Source: an uncultured Eubacteriales bacterium (GTDB lineage Bacteria > Bacillota > Clostridia > Christensenellales > UBA1242). Taken from it: a stretch of 64,000 bases of DNA. Both the position numbers and the translations under genes were made by a program. Positions 54,887-64,000 of this stretch are shown one piece after another (position 1 is the stretch's first letter; every line of letters begins with the position of its first letter). Below the pieces are notes generated by a model that was not told the origin of the DNA, did not search any database, and was given only the letters and a program-made list of their open reading frames with translations. The stretch covers positions 68,767 to 132,766 of the forward strand of contig CAPERS010000002.1 of NCBI GenBank assembly GCA_948607205.1, written 5' to 3'.

Positions 54887-57800
54887 TTAAATTATCTCAA
54901 ACCCAGCAAGACCAACCGAAAGCACATCGCTCTGCTGTGGGATTTGACTCGCGTATTCAAACAAACCAACCTGCATTGGAAGACCGTTATTCATCTCTTT
55001 TTCATATCTAAAACCTTCGTTGAAATCTTCGGCATTTCCATAAGCACGCTTTCTCTCTTGATTGCCAACTATCATGCTATAGTAACTTGCCTTGATAAAC
55101 GGAGTTTTACTTCCTCCAAAAATAGCGCCCGAACTGTTTGAAATTTCACCTGTTGACGAGCAATATTCAAGTTCACATTCTGCCCAAATGACACCGACAA
55201 TTCCACTCAGATTTAAACATTCATTATCAACATGGGTGACAAATCCATAGTTTGCCGACGAAATTATTCTTGTTGAGCCATCATTGCAAAGCGCAACGAT
55301 TCCGCCCATTCCACCAACAGTCACTGTTGTTTGAATATTTCCATAATTTATGCAATTTTCAATGTTGTTTCCTGCACTTATTCCAACAATTCCTCCAAAC
55401 CAATAATCATTCCTTCCAAAGTCATTATTTTGAGAAAGAAGTCCAAAATTTATGCAGTTTTTTATTGTGCTATCACTTGCCAAAGCGACAATTCCACCTT
55501 GATACCCGCCAACTATTTCTGCTCTATTCACGCAGTTTTCAACAAGTGAATTTCCAGTTATATGGTCAACAATGCCTGCCGAATGTCTATTAGACTTGAT
55601 TTTTCCTGACAAAACTTGACAATTTCTTATCTGTGATGAGTTGCAAAGTGATGCAATTCCTGCACCTCGGTCACTTGTGTCAATTGATACATTGCTCAAA
55701 ATAACATTCTCAATCTTCGCATTTTCTATTGTGCCAAAAAGTGCTCCCCAAACCGCATATCGCCCAAAGTTTTGTGTTGTAAGGCCATTAATTTTTTTAT
55801 CACATCCATCGAAAGTTCCACTGAATTTTCCGGTTTCGCTAATTGGCATCCAATATTTGCCAGCAAGGTCAATATTGTTTGTCAATTTAACTGTTTCACC
55901 ACTGAAATCATGGCCCTCAAGAGCCATATATGATAACTTTCCAAGTTCTTCTGCACTCGAAATGAGATATGCACCGCTGGCGTCTTGTTTTAAAGTCACA
56001 CTTGCACCAGCTGACGCCCAAGTTTCAAGCCATACTGCATAAAGTGTGACATTTTCTGTGCTTGTTGTTAAATTTGAAACACTTGCTCCGTCGGTATATG
56101 TTATTTTTGACGTGTCATATTCTGAAATTGGATTTTGTTTTGTTCTGCTCCAACCTAGGAATATATATCCGTTTCTTGTGAATGAGTTTGCTGTTAAATT
56201 TTTGTTATAACCATATGTATGTTTTTGTGATGGCATTGTTCCGCTTCCGCCATTGGCGTCAAACACAACGTTATATTCATTCGCATCCCAAAGGGCGACA
56301 AGTTCAACATCAAGATAGCCAAAAGTGTAAGTTGTTTGACCAATTCCACTACCGCTGACATCAAGACCTGTAGCGTCGAAAGTGCCAAGATATGCAACCT
56401 GCCAAACGAGAGGTTTTTCTGCTGTTGGCGCTGGTCCAGTTGAAAGATTAAAGAAACCTATTGTTGAAAAACTGCCAGTTGAACCGCAAACCCATTTATA
56501 TATGTAAGTTTTCCAAGTCCCAGTTCCTTTGTTGTCAGTAAGCCAACTATCATTACATTCATTTCCATGCGCATTCGCTTGGGCGTGAATTGTGTAACCT
56601 TCGGGAATTTTCGCGTGAATAATCTAATAATAAACTCCATTTGGCTTTGAATCAAAACAGTTATGAAATCCGCCATAGCCCGGGCTTGCCTCCCCCACTG
56701 TTGAAATTTCAAGCACTTTCTTAGAGCGTGGCAATTTGAGGTCATCAGGTTTATCAACAATGTTTAGCCTAACATTTCCGTTGTTTGAATTGTTATATAC
56801 ATCTGTGATGTTATATGAATTATCATAAAAGCCGTCAGTCATGACGTAATGGAATTTTCCAAAACTATCCAAACTGCCATCACCATGACTTGAGACCCAG
56901 CCTTTAAAGGTATAACCTGGACGCGTTGGCATAGTATATATTTTTTGTGTTGAGCCATAAATGTGACCAGAAGAAGTTTCAGTTTCCATTCCGTTAACCG
57001 CCCCACCATTTGCGTAACAAGTTATAGAGGCAAACTTTTCAGTCGTGAGATATGGATAGCCTTCGTTGATTTCTGACTTTTGTGAAAAATATGAGTTCCA
57101 CTTAGAGTCTGACTTCCAAGAATATGAAGTTCCGTTCACAACAAACGAACTTCCTGTAAAACAATCCCAATTCCTGAATGCATCAACAATGCCAGAAATA
57201 AAATGGTTGGTTTCACCCAAGCATTCATTGCTATCAATTTTATCGAAGCCCAAGCCTCTATCTGAATAGTTGTAACTATAAGCACTATAATCTGCGTTTT
57301 TATTAATAACATTCGCAACAATTGCTCCAGTGCTTACTGCTGAACTAGAGTTATTTCCAACATTAAAATTGTTTGACACAATCTGTAAATTGCTAACAGA
57401 GCCAAATACACCACCAAGATGAAACAATCTTCCACCAGTAAAATTACCAGCATTATAATTATGATTAAAACTTGTAAGATATGATGGTTCTGATGACGAA
57501 CTGCCTACAACACCCCCAATAATCACCATGTTAAATTCTTCATAATTGAAATTTATATCTCCAAAATTATAACAATATGTAACAAGCATCGTTATCATAG
57601 GTATGATAGGCGAAGGACCACTATAGCCATTTTCACAAGACATAGTTCCTACAATTCCGCCAACCGCAGCAAAAACAGACTGAACTTCTATATCAACAAA
57701 ATTGGCACATCCAGTTATCATGGAATTGATTGCATAACCACAAATTGCTCCTCCAAATTGAGAAGTTGCGCCATCAATAACATTAACATTAATTTTTCCT

Positions 57801-58300
57801 GTTCGTATAACAATTCCGCGAAGGGTTGCGCTGGTTACATAGCCAAACAATCCACAATATGAAATATTTTCTACTACTGGAGCTGAAGTGACTTGATGAT
57901 TTATATAAAGACCTAAAATCGAATAACCATTCCCATTAAATAAACCCTGAAATGAAGAATCTTTAGTTCCAATTGAATCCCAATAATAATTCCCCAAGTC
58001 GATATTTTTGGTTTGTTCAAAATACTTTCCACTTGACCAACCATCAGTTTTTGTTTGCTCTCTCACCCACACAAGATTTTCTGCGCTTGCTATCTTATAA
58101 GGCTCACCACTTGTTCCGTCACCTGTTGGCTTGACCGCGCTTGAACTTGGCCAAAGAGAATTGTTTTTTGGAGTTTCAATTGAAACACCATATGTAACAT
58201 TTTGGTTTATTTCAGAATTAGATGAAATATAAAAAGTAACGCCAAACGCCAGCGAACAAATGCTTATTAAACAAAAAATTGAAGATATTATCTTTTTCAC
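54887..58300 (-). pseudogene. Paralogous surface-protein gene (1137 codons) interrupted by one in-frame TAG at 56624-56626
   Basis: ORFs 56624-58300 and 54887-56266 share one frame, and I found no other stop between them. Translation across the gap (..NGVYY*IIHAKIPEGY..) aligns with ..NGVFYSVIHAKIPEGY.. of 7577-10909. GTG start behind AAGGAG. Confidence 0.75.
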
Positions 58301-58323
58301 GACAAAATTCTCCTTTTTATTTT

Positions 58324-58354
58324 ATTATACCTCAAAATCCCCCCCCCTAGTCAA
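58324..58354 (-). promoter_or_regulatory. Sigma-A-type promoter with a G9 tract in the spacer (TTGACT-N19-TATAAT)
   Basis: Minus strand reads TTGACT A G9 ATTTTGAGG TATAAT. -35 at 58349-54, -10 at 58324-29, tract at 58339-47. Confidence 0.6.
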
Positions 58355-58525
58355 CTAAATCCGACAGGAAAGATACGCTATTTTTGCGTTTCCGTTTAGA
58401 AAGAAGGGCTATGAAGGTTAATTTGGTTTTATATCAATTATTATACTCAAAAATTGCGTTTATACCAAACGAAAAATGCAAATAAAATGGTTTGAAATTT
58501 ATAGTCAGTGTGATATAATAAAAAC

Positions 58526-59185
58526 ATGATAAAGATAAAACAAAACTGGTATCAACTTCTTAAAGAAGAATTTGAAAAGCCATATTTTGCCGCTCTTCAA
58601 GATTTTTTGGCTGAGGAATATTCACGCTATGAAATATATCCCAAAGAAGAGAATATTTTCAATGCACTAAATCATGTCCCATTCGACAAGATAAAGGTTG
58701 TGATTATCGGTCAAGACCCATATCATGAGCCCGGGCAAGCGCAAGGGTTATCTTTCAGTGTGCCAGAGAACATTGAAAATCCACCTTCACTTGTCAATAT
58801 TAAGAAAGAAATTGAAGACGATTTATCAATTAAATGTTTATCCTCTGGCGACCTAACGCGTTGGGCAGACCAAGGTGTTTTGCTTTTAAACACTGTTCTG
58901 ACCGTTCGTCGAGCGCGAGCAAACTCACACAAAGACAAAGGTTGGGAAAAGCTTACTCGAAGAATAATTCAGTTGGTTGGTGAAAGAAAAGAGCCTTGTG
59001 TATTCTTATTATGGGGAAGTTATGCGCAAAGTTTTGCTGAATTGATTGGTTCTCAGCACCTTATTTTGAAAGCGCCACATCCAAGTCCACTTTCTGCCTA
59101 TCGTGGTTTTTTTGGATGCAAACATTTCTCAAAATGCAACGAGTTTCTCATTTCTCACAACCAAACACCTATTGACTGGAAATAA
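58526..59185 (+). CDS. ung: Uracil-DNA glycosylase
   Basis: 219 aa. GQDPYH and HPSPLS motifs. Confidence 0.93.
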   Translation: MIKIKQNWYQLLKEEFEKPYFAALQDFLAEEYSRYEIYPKEENIFNALNHVPFDKIKVVIIGQDPYHEPGQAQGLSFSVPENIENPPSLVNIKKEIEDDLSIKCLSSGDLTRWADQGVLLLNTVLTVRRARANSHKDKGWEKLTRRIIQLVGERKEPCVFLLWGSYAQSFAELIGSQHLILKAPHPSPLSAYRGFFGCKHFSKCNEFLISHNQTPIDWK

Positions 59186-59280
59186 CATTATGAAAAAAGT
59201 AAACAAACACAAAAATTATCTGAAATGCAAAAACACCTTGGACAACCCAAGGTGTTTTTAATATATTTTAATGAAATTTA

Positions 59281-60390
59281 TTAGTCGTTTTTCTTTTTAA
59301 GTTCAGCGATATCATTTTTAAGTTTTTCGATATCTGCTTTAAGTTCAGCATTTTGTGCAGATAGCACATCGAACATTTTTTCAAGAAGTGGGAATCTGTC
59401 TTTGTTCTTATCCATAACTTCTTGGCAGTGTTCAACTGAAAGTTTGAGTCCATCGAGAAGGTCAAGGTCTTCTGCGAGTTTCTTTGCTTTTTCTTCGTCG
59501 ATGTCAGCATAGTTATTAACGCCATAGAGAACAACTTTTTGCTTAGCAACGAGTGCTTCTTTTCTGCGAAGTTTCTTTTCGTCGTTTTCGAGAGTTCTCT
59601 TAACTCTGCGAAGTGGCAAAAATTCCTTCTTGCAAGCGCGAAGTTCTTTTTCGTTGGCTTTGAGTCTGTCTTCTTTAACTTCAAGAGCGTTTTCGAGTTC
59701 TTCAAGGCTTACATAGCCGGCTGGAGTTGCGCGAAGAGCTTCAACTTTTTCTCTTTCAGATTGAAGTTCTTGAACAAGCATTGCATTTTTTGCTTTTTCT
59801 TCTTTAAGAGCCTCATCGTCTTGAGAAACTTCTTCCTCTTCTTCGTCTTCGTCGTCAGAGATATCAACAACTTCTTCCTCTTCTTCCTCAGACTCTTCTT
59901 CTTCGAATTCTCCGTCCTCTTCTTCCTCTTCGTCTTCTTCATCTTCTGAAGCGAGTCTTTCAAGGCGAGCCATAAGTTCTCTTCTCTTTTGCTCGATTTC
60001 GGCGTCACGCTCGTTTTCCTCTTCCTCTTCTTCCTCAGACATTTCAGATTCTTCGATTTCCTCGACTTCTTCCTCTTCAACTTCTTCAACGTTTTGAGTT
60101 TCTTCTGCTGACTCTTCTGCTTCTGGGTCATAGTTTTCTACAACTGCGCCACTATAGAGCATTTCAGCGATTTCAGGAACTTTTTCAATTTCCTTTGCGT
60201 CTGCACCCAACTCTTCAAGTTTTTCTTTAACTTTTTCTGTTTCTTCCTCTTTCTTTCTTTCGATTGCTTTGTCGTCTTTCTTTCTGTTGGCAAGGCTCAT
60301 CAAGATGTCGCCCATGAAATAGAGGAGAAATCCACCAGCAACAATGATTCCAAGCACGACTACGATTGTGATAATAACTGAACTTGACAT
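59281..60390 (-). CDS. Membrane-anchored, extremely acidic coiled-coil protein
   Basis: Start at ATG 60390 (AAGGAAGTGAAATTT RBS). One N-terminal TM helix, then about 150 aa of E/D-rich low complexity and a heptad-like C-terminal region. Confidence 0.6.
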   Translation of the reverse strand: MSSSVIITIVVVLGIIVAGGFLLYFMGDILMSLANRKKDDKAIERKKEEETEKVKEKLEELGADAKEIEKVPEIAEMLYSGAVVENYDPEAEESAEETQNVEEVEEEEVEEIEESEMSEEEEEEENERDAEIEQKRRELMARLERLASEDEEDEEEEEDGEFEEEESEEEEEEVVDISDDEDEEEEEVSQDDEALKEEKAKNAMLVQELQSEREKVEALRATPAGYVSLEELENALEVKEDRLKANEKELRACKKEFLPLRRVKRTLENDEKKLRRKEALVAKQKVVLYGVNNYADIDEEKAKKLAEDLDLLDGLKLSVEHCQEVMDKNKDRFPLLEKMFDVLSAQNAELKADIEKLKNDIAELKKKND

Positions 60391-60447
60391 AAATTTCACT
60401 TCCTTTTTTATTTTTTTTGGCTTTTTTGTTTTTAAACTTTAAAAACT

Positions 60448-60844
60448 TGGTGGAGATGGCGGGAGTTGAACCCGCGTCCAAAAAGCAAATCCAAAGTTTT
60501 TCTACGTGTGTAGTTTATGCTTAATTCTCATCAAAGTTTCGTCCATAAACAAACTTCTTTGACCAGCCGTTTAGGTTTTCTATGAATAGAACGACAAACT
60601 TTTCATAGAGTTTGGCTTGAAATGATACTCGCTTCCTGAGTAAGCCAATTCAGGATGAGCAGGTCAAAATTTTATTGACCGAGTTTTTTGAGTGAACTTA
60701 GGCAGCGATTGCGCTTGTTCTAAGGTTCATTCTTACAGTTTTGTTTTCTGCGTTTATTTTTTGTGCCCATTTTTAAGTAGGCTGGGCGCTACTACACGCT
60801 TTACGCTTTGACCTTCACTCCCTGTCGAAACCAAGAACACCCCC
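60448..60844 (-). ncRNA. ssrA: tmRNA (SsrA)
   Basis: 5' GGGGGTGTTCTTGGTTTCGACAGGG and 3' GGACGCGGGTTCAACTCCCGCCATCTCCACCA form the tRNA-like domain. Internal tag ORF GCA..GCTGCC-TAA. Directly downstream of smpB. Confidence 0.9.
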
Positions 60845-60852
60845 AAAGGCGT

Positions 60853-61296
60853 TTATAGGTTTTTTAAAGTTTGGTCGATGTCCCGCTTGATAGCCTTTTC
60901 GCGCAGGACCTGACGCTTGTCATAAAGTTTCTTACCCTTGGCCAGTGCGATTTCAATTTTGACCTTCCCGTCTTTTATATAGACTTTGGTTGGCATAACT
61001 GAAAATCCTTTTTCACGCACCATGCGTTCAAGTTTTGAAATTTCAACTTTATGCAAGAGAAGTTTTCGTGAACGTCTTGTGTCACTTGATTCTGGTCTTG
61101 TTTTGTCGTAAGGTTTTATGTAGCAGTTTTTGAGAATTGCCTCGCCGTTTTTTATAACGACGTAACTTTCCTCCAAACTGATGCCACCTGACCGAACTGA
61201 CTTAACTTCACAGCCAACAAGTGCGATACCAGCTTCCACGAAGTCTGAAACGAAGAAATTGTGAAAAACTTTCTTGTTGTTATTTAGTATCTTCAT
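60853..61296 (-). CDS. smpB: SsrA-binding protein SmpB
   Basis: 147 aa. NKKVFHNFFV...AGIALVGCEVKS signature. Confidence 0.95.
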   Translation of the reverse strand: MKILNNNKKVFHNFFVSDFVEAGIALVGCEVKSVRSGGISLEESYVVIKNGEAILKNCYIKPYDKTRPESSDTRRSRKLLLHKVEISKLERMVREKGFSVMPTKVYIKDGKVKIEIALAKGKKLYDKRQVLREKAIKRDIDQTLKNL

Positions 61297-61375
61297 CTCG
61301 CCTCCTATTATAACACCCCTTTAAGAGATTTTCAAGACCCAAATTGAAATTTTTTGAAAAAAATGCAAAAAAATC

Positions 61376-63466
61376 TCAATTTTTTAATGAAAAATCGACT
61401 TTTCTTGTGAAAATATTGGAATTTGCAATGATTATTTTTATTTTATCACCTATTTTAAATGAATGACTATTCCCTTTTATCATCAAAGATTTCTCGTAAA
61501 ACAGATAATTATCCTCTGGCAATTCCTCAATTTTGACCAGACCTTCAACTGTGTTTTCAAGTTCAACATAAAAGCCAAAATTGGTTACTGAGGTGATAAT
61601 TCCTTCAAATTCCTCGCCTATATGGTCCTTCATAAGATATGCTTTCCAAAGGTCATCCACATCTCGTTCAGCCATATCAGCATTGCGTTCACGCTCGCTT
61701 GATTGCATCGAAGACTCATAAGTGAGTGAGTTAAGTTCATCATTTCGAGCGCTCGAAAGCGCTTTTTTCTTAAGCACTTCTTTTATTATTCTATGAATTG
61801 TAAGGTCAGGATAGCGCCTGATTGGTGAAGTGAAATGGCAATAGTATTCAAGCGCAAGTCCAAAGTGACCAAGATTTTTGTTTGTATATTTTGCTTTTTG
61901 CATTGAGCGCAAAAGCACTTTGTTGACTGTTTCGGTGTAGTCATGACCGTCGACAAGCTTTATCAGACCTTGATAAAAAGATGGAGTGATTGTTTCTGGA
62001 ATCTTAGGTAATTTGATTCCCAGTCCTTTCATAAAATCAAAAACTTTCAACAGTTTTTCTTTGCGAGGGCATTCGTGAACGCGATAAACAAAAGGAATAT
62101 CTTTTGAGCAAAACTCTTTTGCCACAACCTCGTTTGCCAACACCATGAAGTCTTCAATAAGTCTATGTGCCGAATTGCGTTCTCTCTTTTGCACTCCGAT
62201 TGCAAGACCATCTTCATTAAATACGAACTCGGCTTCTGGTATTTCAAAATCAAGATATCCATCACACATCTTCTTATCTTGAAGTTTGAGTGAAAGTTCT
62301 TTCATAAGGAGAAGGCTTTTTTTCACCTTGTCTGCTTTTTCAGATTTTTCGCCGTTCAAAACTTTGTTGGCTTCGGTGTAAGTGAGCCTTGCCTTGCTTC
62401 TTATCACGCTTTCAAAAATTTTGTGAGCGATAACGTTTCCATTTTGGTCAACATCCATAACGCAAGAAAGTGTCAATCTGTCCACGCCTTCGCTGAGAGA
62501 GCAAATTCCATTTGAAAGTTTTTCAGGAAGCATTGGAAGAACTGAAGTTGGGAAATAAACACTCGTTCCCCTTTTGAACGCTTCCTCGTCGAGTGGAGAA
62601 CCTGATTTGACATATTCGCCAACATCGGCAATATGAACGCCCAAGCGATATCCATTTTTAATTTTTTCAATTGAAACAGCGTCATCAAAATCTTGAGCAT
62701 CTTCGCCGTCGATTGTGAAAATCTCTTCGTTTGTAAGGTCAACTCTTCCCTTCTTTTGTTTTTCGTCAACTGTCAGCCCAATTTTGTCACACTGTGCCAT
62801 AACGTCATCCGGAAAAGTTTCATAAAGTTCATGCTCGCGAATTATTCCTTTTTCCATAGCCTTCACATCATCGCTTTTGCCCAAAATCTCGACTAAGTTA
62901 CACATAAACTTTTCTTTTTCTCGACTTATTCTTGCAACAACACGCAAATCTTCATCGATTTTAAATTCGCTTTTCTTGATTCTAAATTTATATGGAATGT
63001 GGTTATTGTCAGTAACAAGAAAATATGTTTGACCAATTTTTTCTATAACGCCAACAATTGTTTCAAGAGGTTTATAAACCGCAACTATCTCGCCATCACT
63101 GCCTTCATTGCCTTTATAGCCAACTTTGACAATAACTCTGTCGCCATCAATTGCGTCAAGAGTTTTGCTTGCCGGAATAAAAATGTCGTTTTCACCTTTA
63201 ACAGTTCCGACTTGACAAAAGCCAAAGCCTTTGGCATTTCCTATGAAAAGACCTTTGACATAATTTGAAGAAGGGATTTTGATAAATTTATTTTTTATCT
63301 GAAAAATTTCGCCCTTTGTTATGAGCGCTTCAATTTCATCTTTTATTGTTTTTTCGCTAACGCCAAATGTTTTGGCCATAAAGCAAAAAAGATTGCTTGG
63401 TTTTTTATATACCAAACTATCTTTTGCTATCATATTTAAAATCTTATCTTTCAACATAATTTTCAA
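61376..63466 (-). CDS. rnr: Ribonuclease R
   Basis: 696 aa. RNB domain motifs (IDGEDAQDFDDAV, HFGL..YCHFTSPIRRYPD) and a C-terminal S1 domain. Confidence 0.93.
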   Translation of the reverse strand: MKIMLKDKILNMIAKDSLVYKKPSNLFCFMAKTFGVSEKTIKDEIEALITKGEIFQIKNKFIKIPSSNYVKGLFIGNAKGFGFCQVGTVKGENDIFIPASKTLDAIDGDRVIVKVGYKGNEGSDGEIVAVYKPLETIVGVIEKIGQTYFLVTDNNHIPYKFRIKKSEFKIDEDLRVVARISREKEKFMCNLVEILGKSDDVKAMEKGIIREHELYETFPDDVMAQCDKIGLTVDEKQKKGRVDLTNEEIFTIDGEDAQDFDDAVSIEKIKNGYRLGVHIADVGEYVKSGSPLDEEAFKRGTSVYFPTSVLPMLPEKLSNGICSLSEGVDRLTLSCVMDVDQNGNVIAHKIFESVIRSKARLTYTEANKVLNGEKSEKADKVKKSLLLMKELSLKLQDKKMCDGYLDFEIPEAEFVFNEDGLAIGVQKRERNSAHRLIEDFMVLANEVVAKEFCSKDIPFVYRVHECPRKEKLLKVFDFMKGLGIKLPKIPETITPSFYQGLIKLVDGHDYTETVNKVLLRSMQKAKYTNKNLGHFGLALEYYCHFTSPIRRYPDLTIHRIIKEVLKKKALSSARNDELNSLTYESSMQSSERERNADMAERDVDDLWKAYLMKDHIGEEFEGIITSVTNFGFYVELENTVEGLVKIEELPEDNYLFYEKSLMIKGNSHSFKIGDKIKIIIANSNIFTRKVDFSLKN

Positions 63467-63487
63467 CCCTAATTATTATAACCTAAA

Positions 63488-63808
63488 TTAAACAGTTCTA
63501 TTGAAAATTTCTGTGATGAAATAAATTATTGTGCAAACGAGGACTATTGAAGACATAATAATTGTGACAAGTTTAAGTTTTCCATCACGAGAAGAGCCCT
63601 TGTTTTGAGAATAATAACTTTCCTGCTTGCCCATCACTGCATCAATGCCATTGTTAGAATCATTTGATTGGAGCAGAATTGTCACGATAAGTGTGATTGA
63701 ACAAAGAATAATAATAGCAAAAATTACCCATCTGAAAGGTGGCAAGAAACTTGTCCAAAAGTCACCTTGAAGTGTGTCATCTGCAAGAAGTGTTGATAAA
63801 ATATTCAT
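63488..63808 (-). CDS. secG: Preprotein translocase subunit SecG (with N-terminal extension)
   Basis: Two TM helices flanking ILLQSNDSNNG...GK. Conserved secG-rnr-smpB order. Confidence 0.7.
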   Translation of the reverse strand: MNILSTLLADDTLQGDFWTSFLPPFRWVIFAIIILCSITLIVTILLQSNDSNNGIDAVMGKQESYYSQNKGSSRDGKLKLVTIIMSSIVLVCTIIYFITEIFNRTV

Positions 63809-63822
63809 ATAAAATCTCCTTT

Positions 63823-64000
63823 TTAAAGTGTTGTGCTAAGCCAAACTATTGCAACAACGAGTATGATTAAGAGCAGTATTTGCCCCCATTTGATTGATAT
63901 TTTGGATTTGCCTGTTGCACTTTTTATGACATTTGCAAAGATAAGAAGTGCGCACATTGATAAAACAACAAGAATGATTATCTTGGTTGAACCACCGATG
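63823..64000 (-). CDS. C-terminal end of a hydrophobic protein (runs off the window end, or a 44-aa ORF from ATG 63957)
   Basis: The frame is open from 64000 down to TAA at 63823-25. Ends ...ILLLIILVVAIVWLSTTL. Confidence 0.3.
   Translation of the reverse strand, partial: IGGSTKIIILVVLSMCALLIFANVIKSATGKSKISIKWGQILLLIILVVAIVWLSTTL

Noticed and set aside
56624-56626. Programmed recoding of TAG (pyrrolysine or a reassigned genetic code).
   Set aside because: TAG terminates well-conserved genes at their expected ends in this window (ffh at 28754, yraN at 24973). No pyl genes or PYLIS-like context are seen.
59539-60131. Long ORFs in alternative frames or strands across the acidic-protein gene.
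   Set aside because: They are artefacts of the GAA/GAG/CTT-rich repeat composition, which stays open in several frames.

Overview
Low-GC (about one-third GC by eye) Firmicutes-type chromosomal segment. No tools were run: every family name is recognised from motifs in the given translations, and coordinates were counted by hand.

Backbone: mostly minus-strand housekeeping genes in classic Bacillus/Clostridium synteny. These are rnj, greA, rlmH, tadA, groES-groEL, parE-parC-like topoisomerase, murG, ylxM-ffh-rpsP-KH-rimM-trmD, rbgA, yraN, hemW-lepA, rsmD, dnaB(DnaD-type)-dnaI, acpS, recX, tyrS, ung and secG-rnr-smpB-ssrA. There are also tRNA-Lys(CTT), tRNA-Trp(CCA) and a tmRNA. I saw no rRNA, CRISPR array, IS element, integrase or reverse transcriptase.

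Main candidate system: the only three G/C homopolymer runs of 9 nt or more that I can find each sit exactly between a -35 and a -10 box. G10 (10957-10966) and G9 (58339-58347) lie upstream of two paralogous ~1100-aa surface-protein genes that share a duplicated upstream control module. C9 (48579-48587) lies upstream of a 364-aa internally duplicated cytoplasmic protein next to mazEF. This looks like a multi-locus slipped-strand phase-variation network. One of the two surface genes additionally carries a single in-frame TAG and shares a 100-nt identical tract with its paralogue.

Other second-look items:
- a bacterial protein built from about nine 36-aa mTERF-like repeats
- an exact 16-nt duplication of the tRNA-Lys 3' end, 200 nt downstream, enclosing a GC-rich multi-hairpin element
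- a similar GC-rich nested-hairpin element next to a 28-aa hydrophobic mini-ORF
- a 220-nt ffh-rpsP spacer packed with short palindromes that all have a central TAA
- duplicated modules of a double-HTH regulator with a divergent unknown cargo gene
- MazF paired with a non-RHH partner
- a GGGtGRT / IscU-like gene pair
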